From contig JBFXLE010000027.1 in assembly GCA_050173015.1 (NCBI GenBank), positions 1-62,955 on the forward strand: a stretch of DNA of 62,955 nucleotides, given 5' to 3'. Below are positions 62,801-62,955 of this stretch, one piece after another (within the stretch, counting starts at the first letter, position 1; every line of letters starts with the position of its first letter). This stretch comes from Calditrichaceae bacterium. Lineage in GTDB: Bacteria; Calditrichota; Calditrichia; Calditrichales; JBFXGD01. The translations under genes were made by a program, and so were the position numbers. Below the pieces are notes generated by a model that saw only the letters and a program-made list of their open reading frames with translations, searched no databases and had not been told where the DNA came from.

Positions 62801-62955
62801 TATTGAGAAAAAAGTCAATAGGGCGTTTTTCTCCATTATGAATTTTAATTCATTTTTTTTACTTTGACTTTTGGTCGAACGGTCTGCCAATGCCGATAAT
62901 CTTCTTTTTTGTTTTGTGTATTTATTATTTACCTGTTTTTTTAAATTTTATACTA

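Noticed and set aside
62684-62890. 68-aa minus-strand ORF
   Set aside because: It overlaps the structured non-coding element and has no protein-like features.

Overview
Bacterial chromosomal window. The gene content suggests an FCB-group or Calditrichota-like organism, which is an inference only. Bases 1-41 kb are mostly housekeeping: a nuoABCDHIJKL(M) operon lacking nuoEFG, nfo, dnaA with an upstream DnaA-box cluster, ridA, purF, ftsY, rimO, rpmB, dinB, metF, plsY, a FakA-FakB fusion and a NifS-SelD fusion. This part also holds a chemoreceptor-less CheA-like signalling cluster: a beta-propeller sensor-Hpt-kinase, two CheY-like receivers, CheX and a degenerate pseudokinase paralog. Bases 41-63 kb are a type I-B CRISPR-Cas locus with an unusual layout: cas6, leader, array 1 (27 repeats), a ~2.1 kb trailer of long-period units punctuated by degenerate CRISPR repeats, a Zorya-like operon (small ORF, zorA, zorB, zorC-like, no zorD/zorE), cas8b(+internal cas11)-cas7-cas5-cas3-cas1-cas2-cas4, a duplicated leader, array 2 (37 repeats) and a related trailer. 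The strongest candidates for novelty are (i) the effector-less Zorya module nested inside the cas locus and (ii) the trailers, where pseudo-repeats precede a near-fixed hairpin 'spacer' and accompany a ~280-nt structured element showing covariation between the two arrays.
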